From assembly GCA_963668695.2 (NCBI GenBank), contig CAXXLQ010000004.1, positions 128,001 through 192,000 of the forward strand: a stretch of 64,000 nt of DNA, written 5' to 3'. A model generated the notes under the pieces. It saw only the letters and a program-made list of their open reading frames with translations, did no database searches and was not told the origin of the DNA. Of this stretch, positions 40,842 to 50,577 are shown one piece after another. How positions within the stretch are numbered: the first letter of the stretch is position 1; the number at the start of each line of letters is the position of its first letter. Origin of the DNA: Vicinamibacteria bacterium (GTDB lineage Bacteria; Acidobacteriota; Vicinamibacteria; Marinacidobacterales; Marinacidobacteraceae). Made by a program: the position numbers and the translations under genes.

Positions 40842-41747
40842 TCAGAACCCGAGAACGAGAGCCGCGAGCAGGATCAGATCCGTTCGCCGCCGGGGAATCG
40901 CCACCGTACCGATCGCAGGCCTTCCGGGAGAATCGAACAGGCTGACCCGCTCAAGCGAAGGATGGGAGTCGAAGAGGGTCTGCATGCTCGTGCGAAAAGC
41001 GAGTCGTTTCGAGAGGGGGAACGCTATCGAGCCGGTGAGATCGAGACGGAGGTCATCCGTATTGCGGAGGTTCCAGGTCGAGGCGGAAACGAGCGCCAGC
41101 TCGGCCGCGCGGTAGCGCGTCTCGGCGCGGACCTCCAGCCGCAAACCAAGCGAACCGGCCCCAACTTCCGGGTCGGCCACCTCATCGCGCTGGTGGACCG
41201 CCGAGAGACCCGCTCCCACTTCAACAGGACGCCGTCCTCCGTCGCGTGCCTGGCCCCATTCCTTCCCCACCCCCACGGTGAAGTCGTACCGCGAGTTGAC
41301 CCCGGCGGGGGCGTCGCGCTCCCATCCGGCGGCGGCAAAAAATCTGAGACCCGCCGCGCCGTTCTCCCCGGAGGGTTCCGCGACCCGGAAACGGAGATGG
41401 CTGCGGTCGGCGGAGGTCTGGCTCGTCACCGTCCGGTCCACCGAGAAGTCGTCCGGACTGCCGAAGGCTTGTCTGGTGATGATGTCGGCGCTCGTTCTGA
41501 GCAGCCCTCCCTCAAGCGCCACCCGCAACCGGTCGGTTTCGCGCGCCGTCGTCGCGCTGAGCCCAAGCGACCCCGATCCGGCGTTTCCGTAGGTTCCCGC
41601 GAGGTTCAGGTTCGCCCGCCCGGTCCAGCCGGCCTCTCCCGGAGGAGAGGCTTCCTCGGATTGGGCCCTGGCCAGGGGAGCGGCCACGAAGAGGGCCAGC
41701 GGCAGCAGGAGGGGCCACAATTCGTGACGCCCGGGACGGCTTTGCAT
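40842..41747 (-). CDS. DUF481-like outer-membrane beta-barrel protein
   Basis: Signal peptide, WTGRANLNLAGTYGN, amphipathic strands, C-terminal Phe. Confidence 0.65.
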   Translation of the reverse strand: MQSRPGRHELWPLLLPLALFVAAPLARAQSEEASPPGEAGWTGRANLNLAGTYGNAGSGSLGLSATTARETDRLRVALEGGLLRTSADIITRQAFGSPDDFSVDRTVTSQTSADRSHLRFRVAEPSGENGAAGLRFFAAAGWERDAPAGVNSRYDFTVGVGKEWGQARDGGRRPVEVGAGLSAVHQRDEVADPEVGAGSLGLRLEVRAETRYRAAELALVSASTWNLRNTDDLRLDLTGSIAFPLSKRLAFRTSMQTLFDSHPSLERVSLFDSPGRPAIGTVAIPRRRTDLILLAALVLGF

Positions 41748-41785
41748 GGGCGCCCGGGAGAATACCCACCGGAGGAACCTGCGAA

Positions 41786-44164
41786 ATGCCGGCACGTACT
41801 GCGATCGGGCGCCGCATCGCTGTCCTGGGGGGCGGATTCCTCGCCGCTTTGTTGCTCATCGCGCTCGCCGCGGGTTTCTACGCCCGCGGCCAACTCCGAG
41901 CGAGCCGGCCTGTCCTGAGCGGGACCGTCACGCTGCCCGGGCTTCTCGCCCCTGCCGAGGTGGAACGGGATGGTTTGGGTATCCCCCGCATCAAGGCGGA
42001 AACGATGCGGGACGGCTACCGGGTGCTCGGGTATCTCCACGCCCAGGAACGGTTCTTCCAGATGGACCTGCAGCGCCGCCAGCCCGCGGGAGAATTGGCG
42101 GCCCTGGCGGGGGCGGCAGCGGCGCCGCTGGATCGGGAGGCGCGCCTTCACCGGATGCGGACGCGTACCGAACGGGCCGCGGAGGCACTGCCGGCCGAAG
42201 CGCGCCGGACCCTCGAGGCGTACCGGGACGGGGTGGCTGCCGGGCTCGCCGGACTGTCGGCGCCGCCGTTTGAATACCTGCTCCTCGGGCAGGAACCGGC
42301 CGCCTGGCGCATCAGCGACTCCCTGCTGACGGTCGTAGCGATGTATTTCGTCCTGAACGACGCGACGGGGGCCCACGAGGCGAGGACCGGGGCGCTCGAG
42401 ACGGCGCTGCCCGCCGAACTCGCGGCGTTCCTGAACCCGCCGGGCACCGACCGGGATGCCCCGCTGGACGGCGAAGCGTTTCCGGTCCCGCGGATTCCAG
42501 GGCCCGCGGCCTTCGCCGCGATCCGCCGGAGCCCTTCCATCGAGCCCGCGGAACCTCCGACGATTTCGGGAAGCAATTCCTGGGCGGTGGCGCCGCAGCG
42601 GGCCGCCGCCGGCACTGCGTTGATGGCGAGCGACATGCATCTGCCCCTGGGAGTACCAAACATCTGGTACCGCGCCGAACTGCACATCGGAGACGCCCGG
42701 CTCCGCGGGCTCACCCTGCCGGGAGTCCCCGCCGTGATCGCCGGAAGCACCGGCGAGGTGGCCTGGGGATTCACGAACTCGCAGGGAGATTGGACCGACC
42801 TCGTCGAACTGGAAATCGATCCATCCGACCCGCTTCGCTATCGCACCCCGGATGGCTGGCGGCGGATGGAGGCATTCGAGGAAGAGATTCAGGTGGCCGG
42901 CGGTCCGCCGGAAACGCTCGAAGTCCATGAAACGATCTGGGGACCGGTCAGCACCGAGTGGGGCCGACCCCTGGCGATCCGCTGGATCGCCCACGATCCG
43001 GAAGGACACCGAACCGGCTATCTGGGGTTCGCGGAGGCATCGAACGTCGAGGAACTCTTCCGCGCGGGCTGGGGCAGCGGGATGCCCCCCCAGAACCTGG
43101 TCGCCGTGGACCGGGAGGGATCGATCGGCTGGACCATCGCCGGACCGATTCCGCGACGGCGCGGATTCGACGGAAGAACCCCGACGTCCTGGGCCGACGG
43201 GGACCGGACCTGGGACGGCTACCTCGAACCGGGGGAGATCCCGGCCATCCGGAATCCGGCTTCCGGGCTCATCTGGACGGCCAACAACCGCATCGTGAGC
43301 GGGGACCTGCTGGATCGGCTCGGGAGGGGCGGAACGTATGCCCACGGCGAACGGGCCCGCCTGATCCGCGACCGGCTCGTCCCACTCGAGGCCGCCGACG
43401 AAGCGGGCCTGCTGGACATCCAGCTCGACGACCGCGCCGAAGAGCTCGCCATTTGGCGCGGGATCTTCCTCCGCTCGCTGGAGGGCGCGAGCGGCCCGCT
43501 GGCAGCCGAAGCCGCTCGAGTGCTGCGGGAGGGATGGACCGGTCGGGCCAGCGTCGACAGCGCCGCCTATCCCCTCGTCCGGAACGCGCGCGTGGAGCTC
43601 TTCCGCGCTGTCTATGGAACCCTCACCGCCCCCGCGGGCGATCTCCTGCCGGGGTTTTCCCCGTGGGTTGCTCTCCACTGGCCGGGGCCGCTGCTGCGGC
43701 TGGCGCAGGAACGGCCGGCGCACTTCGTTCCCCCGGGGGCGGCCGATTGGAACGATGCACTCCGGAGGGCCGTTCTCGCGACCGCCGAACGGATGAGCGC
43801 CGCCGGCCCGCTCGGCGAGCAGACGTGGGGAAAGGAAAACGTGGTCCACGTCCGCCATCCGCTGAGTCCGGGACTCCCTCCGCTGCTCTCCCGATTCCTT
43901 TCCCCGTTCCTGGACGCGGCGCCGCGCGGGCTTCCGGGAGACGCGGGATTGCCACGAGCCCAGAACGGGGCCCACGGCCCCTCCAACCGCTTCGTGGTGG
44001 CGCCGGGACGCGAAGAGACCGGAATCCTCCACATGCCGGGGGGACAGTCCGGTCACCCGGGCATGCCGTACTACCTGTCCGGCCACCGGGACTGGGAGGA
44101 AGGCCGGGCAACGCCCTTCCTGGCCGGGCCCACCGAGTGGACGCTGACTCTGGTCCCGGAGTAA
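41786..44164 (+). CDS. Penicillin acylase family (Ntn amidohydrolase)
   Basis: GYLHAQERFFQMDL, GSNSWAV processing site, ASDMHL, AWGFTN, TANNR and PGGQSG motifs. Confidence 0.93.
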   Translation: MPARTAIGRRIAVLGGGFLAALLLIALAAGFYARGQLRASRPVLSGTVTLPGLLAPAEVERDGLGIPRIKAETMRDGYRVLGYLHAQERFFQMDLQRRQPAGELAALAGAAAAPLDREARLHRMRTRTERAAEALPAEARRTLEAYRDGVAAGLAGLSAPPFEYLLLGQEPAAWRISDSLLTVVAMYFVLNDATGAHEARTGALETALPAELAAFLNPPGTDRDAPLDGEAFPVPRIPGPAAFAAIRRSPSIEPAEPPTISGSNSWAVAPQRAAAGTALMASDMHLPLGVPNIWYRAELHIGDARLRGLTLPGVPAVIAGSTGEVAWGFTNSQGDWTDLVELEIDPSDPLRYRTPDGWRRMEAFEEEIQVAGGPPETLEVHETIWGPVSTEWGRPLAIRWIAHDPEGHRTGYLGFAEASNVEELFRAGWGSGMPPQNLVAVDREGSIGWTIAGPIPRRRGFDGRTPTSWADGDRTWDGYLEPGEIPAIRNPASGLIWTANNRIVSGDLLDRLGRGGTYAHGERARLIRDRLVPLEAADEAGLLDIQLDDRAEELAIWRGIFLRSLEGASGPLAAEAARVLREGWTGRASVDSAAYPLVRNARVELFRAVYGTLTAPAGDLLPGFSPWVALHWPGPLLRLAQERPAHFVPPGAADWNDALRRAVLATAERMSAAGPLGEQTWGKENVVHVRHPLSPGLPPLLSRFLSPFLDAAPRGLPGDAGLPRAQNGAHGPSNRFVVAPGREETGILHMPGGQSGHPGMPYYLSGHRDWEEGRATPFLAGPTEWTLTLVPE

Positions 44165-44198
44165 GCGCCTCCAGGCGAACAACAGCACGTGTCCATAG

Positions 44199-44869
44199 GA
44201 GCTGGGGGCGATCACCGGATCGGATGACACGAGCTGGGGGCGATCACCGGATCGGATGACACGAGCTGGGGGCGATCACCGGGTCGGAGGACCCCAGCTG
44301 GGGGCGATAACCGGGTCGGATGACCCGAACTGGGGGCGATAAACGGATCGGATGACCCGAACTGGGGGCGATAAACGGATCGGATGACCCGAGCATGCGT
44401 CTATTGCGGAGCCGGCTAACCCAGGCATGCGTCTATTGCGGAGCCGGTGAACCCAGGCATGCGTCTATTGCGGAGCCGGTGAACCCAGGCATGCGTCTAT
44501 TGCGGAGCCGGTGAACCCAGGCATGCGTCTATTGCGGAACCGGTCAACCCAGGCATGCGTCTATTGCGGAGCCGGTCAACCCAGGCATGCGTCTATTGCG
44601 GAGCCGGTGAACCCAGGCATGCGTCTATTGCGGAGCCGGTGAACCCAGGCATGCGTCTATGTCGGAACCGGTGAACCCAGGCATGCGTCTAGTTCGGAGC
44701 CGGGTGACCCGGGCATGCGTCTATTTCGGAACCGGCTAACCCGGGCATGCGTCTATTTCGGAACCGGTGAACCCGGGCATGCGTCTATTTCGGAGCCGGT
44801 GAACCCAAGCATGCGTCTATTGCGGAGCCGGTGAACCCAAGCTGGGGGCGATCACCGGATCGGATGACC
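44199..44869. repeat. Tandem array with an exact 32-bp period and two unit types (A x6, B x14, A x1)
   Basis: A = GCTGGGGGCGATCACCGGATCGGATGACCCGA at 44201-44361 and 44841; B = GCATGCGTCTATTGCGGAGCCGGTGAACCCAG at 44393-44809; every start is 32 bp from the previous one. Confidence 0.95.
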
Positions 44870-44888
44870 GTTTTCCGGGCCGCGGCCG

Positions 44889-46157
44889 TCAGCGGAGATA
44901 GGGAATCGTCACCGGGCCGTGGGGGAGCACCGCGAGCCGACCCTCCGGGCCGGCGGCGGCGAGCGCCTCGCGGCACGCCCGGGAGAGGTCGGACACCGGT
45001 TCCAGATGCGCGGCACGTACGGTCTCTTCGGGGAGCGACGAATGGAGCCCGACCCGCGCGCGCTCCAGGATCCGGCAGTGCACCTGGATCTGCCAATCGT
45101 CCGGCCGGCGAACCGGAGAGGCGGCGAGCGCGTCCCGAACTTCCGCGAGGGTGGAACCCGCTCGGAGCGCCTTCGAGTAGGCACCCTTGTCGGGGATCCC
45201 TTCGCGGCACTCCGCCGCAGCGAGGATCGTTCCTCCCGCCGTCACGATCCGTTCCGCGGCGGACATTCCCTTTACCGCCTGGTAGAGGTTCTGGTCGAGG
45301 GGATACCCGGCATTCGTGGCCACGACGACCTCGAAAGGTTGATCCACCGGACACATGGCCTCCCGGTGGGAACGAACGCACGCCTGGGCGTGCTCTGCGA
45401 GCAGATCGCCGCCGAATGCGGCGGTGATCCGTTTGTCGCCGTCGAGCAGCACGTCGAGTCCGAAGTCCACCCCCACCTGACGGGAAATCGCCCGCACGTC
45501 GTCGTGGACGGGGTTGCCCTCGGTGATCCCGAAGACCGCTTTCGGGTGACCGATGCGCGGTTCGTCGTGGAGCACCAGAATCGTTTCCAGACCGGCCAGC
45601 CCCGGCGCCACCATCTTCGGTCCTCCGGAAAAGCCCGCGAAGAAATGCGGTTCCACGAAGCCGGTGGTGATCTGGACGTCCGCCTCCAGAAAACGGCGGT
45701 TGAGCAGCACGGGGACGCCGTTTTCGGTGTCCGGCAGCCGGACGAGCTCCGCGTCGTCCCGGCAGTCGTGGTTCACCACCTGGCAAGCAGAGAGGAGCTC
45801 GCTTCCGAACATGGCTTCCAGTTCAGCGGGGGTGGCCGCGCGGTGCGTTCCGGTAGCAACCAGCAGCGTCACCCGTTCGGGAGGGGTCGGAATCTCCTCG
45901 AGGATGGCCCGCAGCATCGGAATCCGGGGCTGGGCACGGGTCGGGTCGCATACCGAAATCGCCACCGTGGCTCCCGGTGGCACCCGCTCGGCGAGCGGCG
46001 GGCCGGTCACCGGCGCGCGCAGAACCGCGGCGATCGCCTCCTCCTCGGAGGAAACCGGAGCGGGGAACCGGGGCCGGATGACGGTCGTCCGGTCGGCGGC
46101 CGGCGCTGGGATTTCGAGGTCGAGCCCCTCGTCCCCGTAGTCGAGTCGGATCTGCAT
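44889..46157 (-). CDS. larA: Nickel-pincer-dependent lactate racemase family protein
   Basis: DPTRA, ATGTHR, NHD, EPHFFAGFSGGPK, GYPLDQNLYQAVKG and AECREG motifs. Confidence 0.9.
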   Translation of the reverse strand: MQIRLDYGDEGLDLEIPAPAADRTTVIRPRFPAPVSSEEEAIAAVLRAPVTGPPLAERVPPGATVAISVCDPTRAQPRIPMLRAILEEIPTPPERVTLLVATGTHRAATPAELEAMFGSELLSACQVVNHDCRDDAELVRLPDTENGVPVLLNRRFLEADVQITTGFVEPHFFAGFSGGPKMVAPGLAGLETILVLHDEPRIGHPKAVFGITEGNPVHDDVRAISRQVGVDFGLDVLLDGDKRITAAFGGDLLAEHAQACVRSHREAMCPVDQPFEVVVATNAGYPLDQNLYQAVKGMSAAERIVTAGGTILAAAECREGIPDKGAYSKALRAGSTLAEVRDALAASPVRRPDDWQIQVHCRILERARVGLHSSLPEETVRAAHLEPVSDLSRACREALAAAGPEGRLAVLPHGPVTIPYLR

Positions 46158-46183
46158 GGACAGCTTCCGCGTATTCTCGCCGG

Positions 46184-47050
46184 ATGCGCCTTTACCGTTA
46201 CTCCACCCCGTCCGGCACGGACGCCGGAGTCCTGCTGGGGGACCGGCTGATCCCCATCCGCGAACTGGCCGCGGAACTCACCCCAGCGGAGCCCGGCGAT
46301 CTCGACGAGGTTGTCCAGAGCGGCCGTCTTCCGGCCATTGCCGAGGCCGCGAGGCGGTATGAGGGAGCCGGCGGCGCCACCGGACTCCGGCTGGAGGACG
46401 TCGATGTGCTGGCCCCGCTGGTCCGCCCCCCCAAGATCTGGTGCATCGGGCTCAACTACCGCGCCCACGCCGCGGACCTCGACGCGCGGACACCGGAAAC
46501 GCCGGTCGGCTTCATGCGGCCAAACGCGTCCATCGTCGGCCCGGGAGACACCGTGCGCCTGCCCCGGGCGTCCCGGCGGGTCACCGGCGAGGGGGAACTC
46601 GTGATCGTGCTCGGCCGGTCGGGGCAGGACATCCCGCGCAGCGACGCCCTCGCCGCGGTGGGCGCCTACACCCTCGCGGTGGACATGACCGCCGAGGACA
46701 TTCTCCGGCAGAACCCGCGCTTCCTGACCCGGGCCAAGAGCTTCGACACCTTCCTGAGCCTCGGCCCCTGCCTCGTCACCCCGGACGAAGTGGCGACGCG
46801 CGAGTCGCTCCCCGCGGTCCGCACCTCGACTCTCCTCAACAAGGAGCCGGCCCGGAGCGCGCTGGTGGAGGCAATGACCCACCCCCCGGAGAAGCTCATC
46901 TCCTTCTTTTCCGAGGACATGACCTGGAAGGCCGGCGACATCCTGCTCACGGGAACTCCGGGTGCGGTGGTCATCGAGGACGGAGACACGGTCGGGGCCG
47001 AGGTGGAGCAGATCGGGCGGCTGGAGAACCCGGTGCGGCGGATCCGCTAG
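46184..47050 (+). CDS. Fumarylacetoacetate hydrolase family protein
   Basis: KIWCIGLNY, EGEL, DMTAED, RAKSFDTF and GDILLTGTPG motifs. Confidence 0.92.
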   Translation: MRLYRYSTPSGTDAGVLLGDRLIPIRELAAELTPAEPGDLDEVVQSGRLPAIAEAARRYEGAGGATGLRLEDVDVLAPLVRPPKIWCIGLNYRAHAADLDARTPETPVGFMRPNASIVGPGDTVRLPRASRRVTGEGELVIVLGRSGQDIPRSDALAAVGAYTLAVDMTAEDILRQNPRFLTRAKSFDTFLSLGPCLVTPDEVATRESLPAVRTSTLLNKEPARSALVEAMTHPPEKLISFFSEDMTWKAGDILLTGTPGAVVIEDGDTVGAEVEQIGRLENPVRRIR

Positions 47051-47158
47051 GGAGGCGCCGCAGCGATGACCGCGGGCGCACCGGGTCGTCTGATCCGGAT
47101 CAGAACTCCGGATCAGAACTCCGGATCAGACGCCTTCCGAGCGACCGGCGCGCCGCCG

Positions 47159-47695
47159 TCAGGGCCTCGGCGGCGCGAAGTGGCGGACCCGAGCCAGCAG
47201 GTCGCGAGCCGGACCACCGGATGCCGCCGCCTGCCAACCGATCACGTCCGGCCGAGAACCGAAGAGGACGATCGTGACGCCGTCGCGCGGAGGTCCGGGC
47301 CGTTCGCCGCCTTCGACCCGCACTCCACGCGCGCCACCCGGCGCGAGCGCTGCCGAGGGCGCCGTCAGACCCGGCTTTCCGGCCAGGTGGAGCCTCGCCG
47401 CCTCCCGCTGACAGGCCGCCCAGCTCGCGCGGTTCCCGGTCAGGACCTCGATGGGAAGCTCGGGACGCACGACCGGCGGGTCGCCCACTTCCACCGCCCA
47501 GAGCGCCCGTTGAATGTGGGGCAGGTCCTCTGGGTCGTGGATCTCCTCGTGCCGGAGGAACTCGGCCCAGGCCCCGTCCGGGGTGTCCGAAAAGCAATGC
47601 GCGAGCTCCCCGGAACGGTTCCACCGCCCCCCCGTCGGCGAAGCGGTCTCGCGGAGGAACGGAAACCGGGGATCGGCGTGCCGAAACGCGATCAT
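47159..47695 (-). CDS. RES-domain NAD+ phosphorylase toxin
   Basis: FRH, GGRWN, AWAEFL and APSA motifs; ATG overlaps the antitoxin stop (ATGA). Confidence 0.75.
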   Translation of the reverse strand: MIAFRHADPRFPFLRETASPTGGRWNRSGELAHCFSDTPDGAWAEFLRHEEIHDPEDLPHIQRALWAVEVGDPPVVRPELPIEVLTGNRASWAACQREAARLHLAGKPGLTAPSAALAPGGARGVRVEGGERPGPPRDGVTIVLFGSRPDVIGWQAAASGGPARDLLARVRHFAPPRP

Positions 47696-48300
47696 GTGGC
47701 CGGGAAAAAGCCGAGGGCCGCCGCCAGCTTCCGCACCCGCTCGGGACCGCGCTCGTCCGGCGTCCAGGCGCCGGTCAGCAGGTCCGCCGGGGTCTTGCCA
47801 CCGAGCGCGGTCCGCCTCCGGTCGAACCAGCGCCGGACCCCAATATCGTTGTAGGCGCCGGCGAGGTCGCCCACGACCAAGGCAAGAAAGTGGAGTCGGG
47901 CGGCGACCGCGTCCGGCGTCGCTCTCGACCTCGACGAGTAGCGGCGGGCGCTGGACAGGGAAATCCCCAGGAGGCGCGCCAGCAGCTCGATTCCCAGCGA
48001 CCGCGACAGGGCCGGCCACTCGCTGGTGGGGGCGGGGGAACCGGCGAGTGCCTCGTGGACGGCCCGGAGCCAGGCGGCGGTCGCTGCCGGGTCCCGCCCG
48101 GCGGGGCGCCGGAGAAACCGGGCGATCCCGGCCTCGAAAAGGCGCACCTCAAACGCCTGCATGGCCTCGTCATCGAGCCGGACGATCTCGGGTGGGCATA
48201 GCCCCATCGCCTCCGCCCGGCTCAGCGCCGACGCGGCCAGGGGCGCCACCTGCGGATGGTCATACGGACTCTCGGCGGATTCAATATGGAGTTGTTTCAC
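47692..48300 (-). CDS. Xre/MbcA/ParS-type antitoxin
   Basis: HTH LARLLGISLSSARRY; C-terminal VRRWF.R.R.ALGGKTP..LL; start uncertain (GTG 48300). Confidence 0.72.
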   Translation of the reverse strand: MKQLHIESAESPYDHPQVAPLAASALSRAEAMGLCPPEIVRLDDEAMQAFEVRLFEAGIARFLRRPAGRDPAATAAWLRAVHEALAGSPAPTSEWPALSRSLGIELLARLLGISLSSARRYSSRSRATPDAVAARLHFLALVVGDLAGAYNDIGVRRWFDRRRTALGGKTPADLLTGAWTPDERGPERVRKLAAALGFFPAT

Positions 48301-48570
48301 TATCCGAATCGTATCCAATGACAGTCCGCGATACGACTCGGCGGGATTTCCTCCCCTCACCGGGAGCCCTGCCGCTGCCATGCACGCGGGTGACCGAGGC
48401 CGGACCGCCGGACGCGAGCGATGGCCACAACCGCATAGACGGAATTGCGGGCGAAAAATTCCCGCCGCAATCCTCTGTCTTCCCGGTGTCTTCCCGGTGT
48501 CTTCCCGGTTGTCGTCCCGGACTGGGCGGTCTTCTGCGGAAGCGCCATCCGCTTGAGCGGCAGCGCGCGT

Positions 48571-48620
48571 CTCGCCCGTCTCCGGCGGGCGATGCCGGCC
48601 TGAAGGCCGGCGGTCCCTGG
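48571..48620. repeat. REP-like element without insertion
   Basis: CTCGCCCGTCTCCGGCGGGCGATGCCGGCCTGAAGGCCGGCGGTCCCTGG, just 3' of the OCD gene. Confidence 0.7.
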
Positions 48621-48624
48621 CCGC

Positions 48625-49611
48625 CTACAGCTCCACGACGGTGCCGAGGCCCTGTTCCTCGGCCCGAGCGAGCGCGGCGGCCCCGACGGCAACGTCCTGG
48701 ACGGCGGTTCCTACCGTCTTGAAGAGCGTGGGCCCGCGCTCGGGACGCGGCGCGGTGCCCGCAGCGATCTCGCCGATCTCGGCGAGGACATGGTCCTCGG
48801 TGATCGCGCCCCGGTCGCGGGGCTGAATCAGGTCACCCGTCTCTTCCCAACAGGATTCGCGGTGGTCCACCACCACCGCCGAACGAACGACCGTCGCTTC
48901 GGGAATGATCTGCATCTCCGGGGTGAAGGAGCCCACGGCATTCAGGTGGGCGTCGTCCCGAAGCGCACTGTCCGAGAACACTGGGGTGCTGGCCGTAGTG
49001 GCCTCGGCGATCACCTCGGAAGCGGCGACCGCATGGTTCGCGGACGGGGCCACGGTCACCGGAATTCCCAACCTCTCCGACATTTCGGTCGCGAAGGCGT
49101 GCGCCGCCTCGGTGCGGGGGTCATACACGGTGGCGCTCTCGATTCCCGGCCGGGCGGTGACCATCGCCTCGAGCTGGGTGCGGGCCTGAACGCCGGCCCC
49201 GAGCACGCCCGCCGTCCGGACGTTGGCCCGCGCGAGTTCCTCGGTCGCCACCCCCGAGGCGGCGCCGGTTCGGATCGCGGTCAAAACGCCGCCGTGGAGG
49301 GCTCCGGCAGGCAGACCGGTGTCGGGGTCAAGCACCACCACCAGCGCGTTGATGGTGGGAAGCGGCGGCGTGCGCGCCAGGTTCTCCGGAAAGATGGAAA
49401 CGATCTTGGTGGCGAGCTGGTGGCTCCCCGCGAGGTAGCCCGGCATGTAGAGGCTGATCCCGGAGCGGCGCGGCACGTCCACGCGAACCCGGACCGGCAT
49501 GGTGGCCCGGCCGGCGGAGAGTTCCACGAAGGCCTGGCGGACCGCCCGGATCGCTTCGGCCATGGGCATGGCGGACCGGACTTCGGCAGCGGACAGGAGG
49601 CGCAATTTCAT
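48625..49611 (-). CDS. Ornithine cyclodeaminase/mu-crystallin family protein (copy 1)
   Basis: LTAIRTGAASG, LGAGVQAR, HLNAVGS and FKTVGTAVQD motifs; ATG 49611. Confidence 0.9.
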   Translation of the reverse strand: MKLRLLSAAEVRSAMPMAEAIRAVRQAFVELSAGRATMPVRVRVDVPRRSGISLYMPGYLAGSHQLATKIVSIFPENLARTPPLPTINALVVVLDPDTGLPAGALHGGVLTAIRTGAASGVATEELARANVRTAGVLGAGVQARTQLEAMVTARPGIESATVYDPRTEAAHAFATEMSERLGIPVTVAPSANHAVAASEVIAEATTASTPVFSDSALRDDAHLNAVGSFTPEMQIIPEATVVRSAVVVDHRESCWEETGDLIQPRDRGAITEDHVLAEIGEIAAGTAPRPERGPTLFKTVGTAVQDVAVGAAALARAEEQGLGTVVEL

Positions 49612-49659
49612 GGGCGGGTTTGTACCAGAGGGGTGCCCTCGCTGTGCAAGAATCGCGGC

Positions 49660-50541
49660 ATGAACGGCGTCTATTCGGTTCTTCCGACCCCCTTTGCTCC
49701 GGACGGCAGCTTCGACTCCGAAAGCCTCCGCCGGGTGATCGACCTGTTCCTCGAGGACGGGGTCTCCGGCTTCACCGCCCTCGGGGTAACGAGCGAAGTT
49801 GCGCGGATTTCCGATCGGGAGCGCGATGAGATTCTGGAAGCCAGCATGGCCCACGCGGACGGTCGGGTACCGGTGATCGTGGGCGCCACCGGCCCGGGTC
49901 TCGATGTCTGCCTGGAGCGTTGCCGCGCCGCGGAACGCGCCGGAGCGGCCGGAGTCATGGTGTCCCCGCCTCGCGCTCCGAAATGCAACTCCGAGGCGAT
50001 CTTCCGGCACTTCGCCCGGATCGCCGAAACGATCTCGATCCCGATCGTGATCCAGGACTTCCCACCGATCTCGGGCTTCCACATGGAACCGGATCTCCTC
50101 GCCCGCCTCTGCCGCGAGATCCCCTCGGCGCGGACGATCAAGCTGGAGGATGCGCCCACCCCCTACAAGGCTGCCCGCATCCGGGAACGTACGGAGGGGT
50201 TGGATATCGGCATCTTCGGCGGCCTCGGCGGCGCCTACCTGATCGAGGAACTCATCTCGGGCGCGACCGGCGCCATGACCGGTTTCGCGTATCCCGGACT
50301 GCTGGTAGCGGTCGTGTCCCGTTGGGACGCCGGTGACCGGGACGGGGCGGCAGCGGCGTTTTACCAGTACGCCCCGGTGATGCGGTTCGAGTTCCAGGAA
50401 GGCATCGGAATGGCTATCCGCAAGGAAATGCTCCGCAGGAGGGGAGCGATCGCCCATACGGGCATCCGCGCGCCCGCCGCCCTGCTCGACCGGGCTACGG
50501 AGGAGGCGCTCGACCGCATCCTCGCCCACTTCGAGCTCTAG
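49660..50541 (+). CDS. Dihydrodipicolinate synthase (DapA) family aldolase/deaminase
   Basis: LPTPF, LGVTSE, PVIVG and IKLE (Schiff-base Lys) motifs. Confidence 0.85.
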   Translation: MNGVYSVLPTPFAPDGSFDSESLRRVIDLFLEDGVSGFTALGVTSEVARISDRERDEILEASMAHADGRVPVIVGATGPGLDVCLERCRAAERAGAAGVMVSPPRAPKCNSEAIFRHFARIAETISIPIVIQDFPPISGFHMEPDLLARLCREIPSARTIKLEDAPTPYKAARIRERTEGLDIGIFGGLGGAYLIEELISGATGAMTGFAYPGLLVAVVSRWDAGDRDGAAAAFYQYAPVMRFEFQEGIGMAIRKEMLRRRGAIAHTGIRAPAALLDRATEEALDRILAHFEL

Positions 50542-50577
50542 GCGTCCGTACCCGGGCCCGGAACGGAGGGAATTCCC

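Noticed and set aside
41606-44230. 874-aa minus-strand ORF
   Set aside because: Antisense shadow of the penicillin acylase gene.
44199-44869. CRISPR array or TIGR-type guide array
   Set aside because: Units are contiguous with no unique spacers, there are no cas or Nop-domain genes in the window, and there is no convincing box C/D pair.
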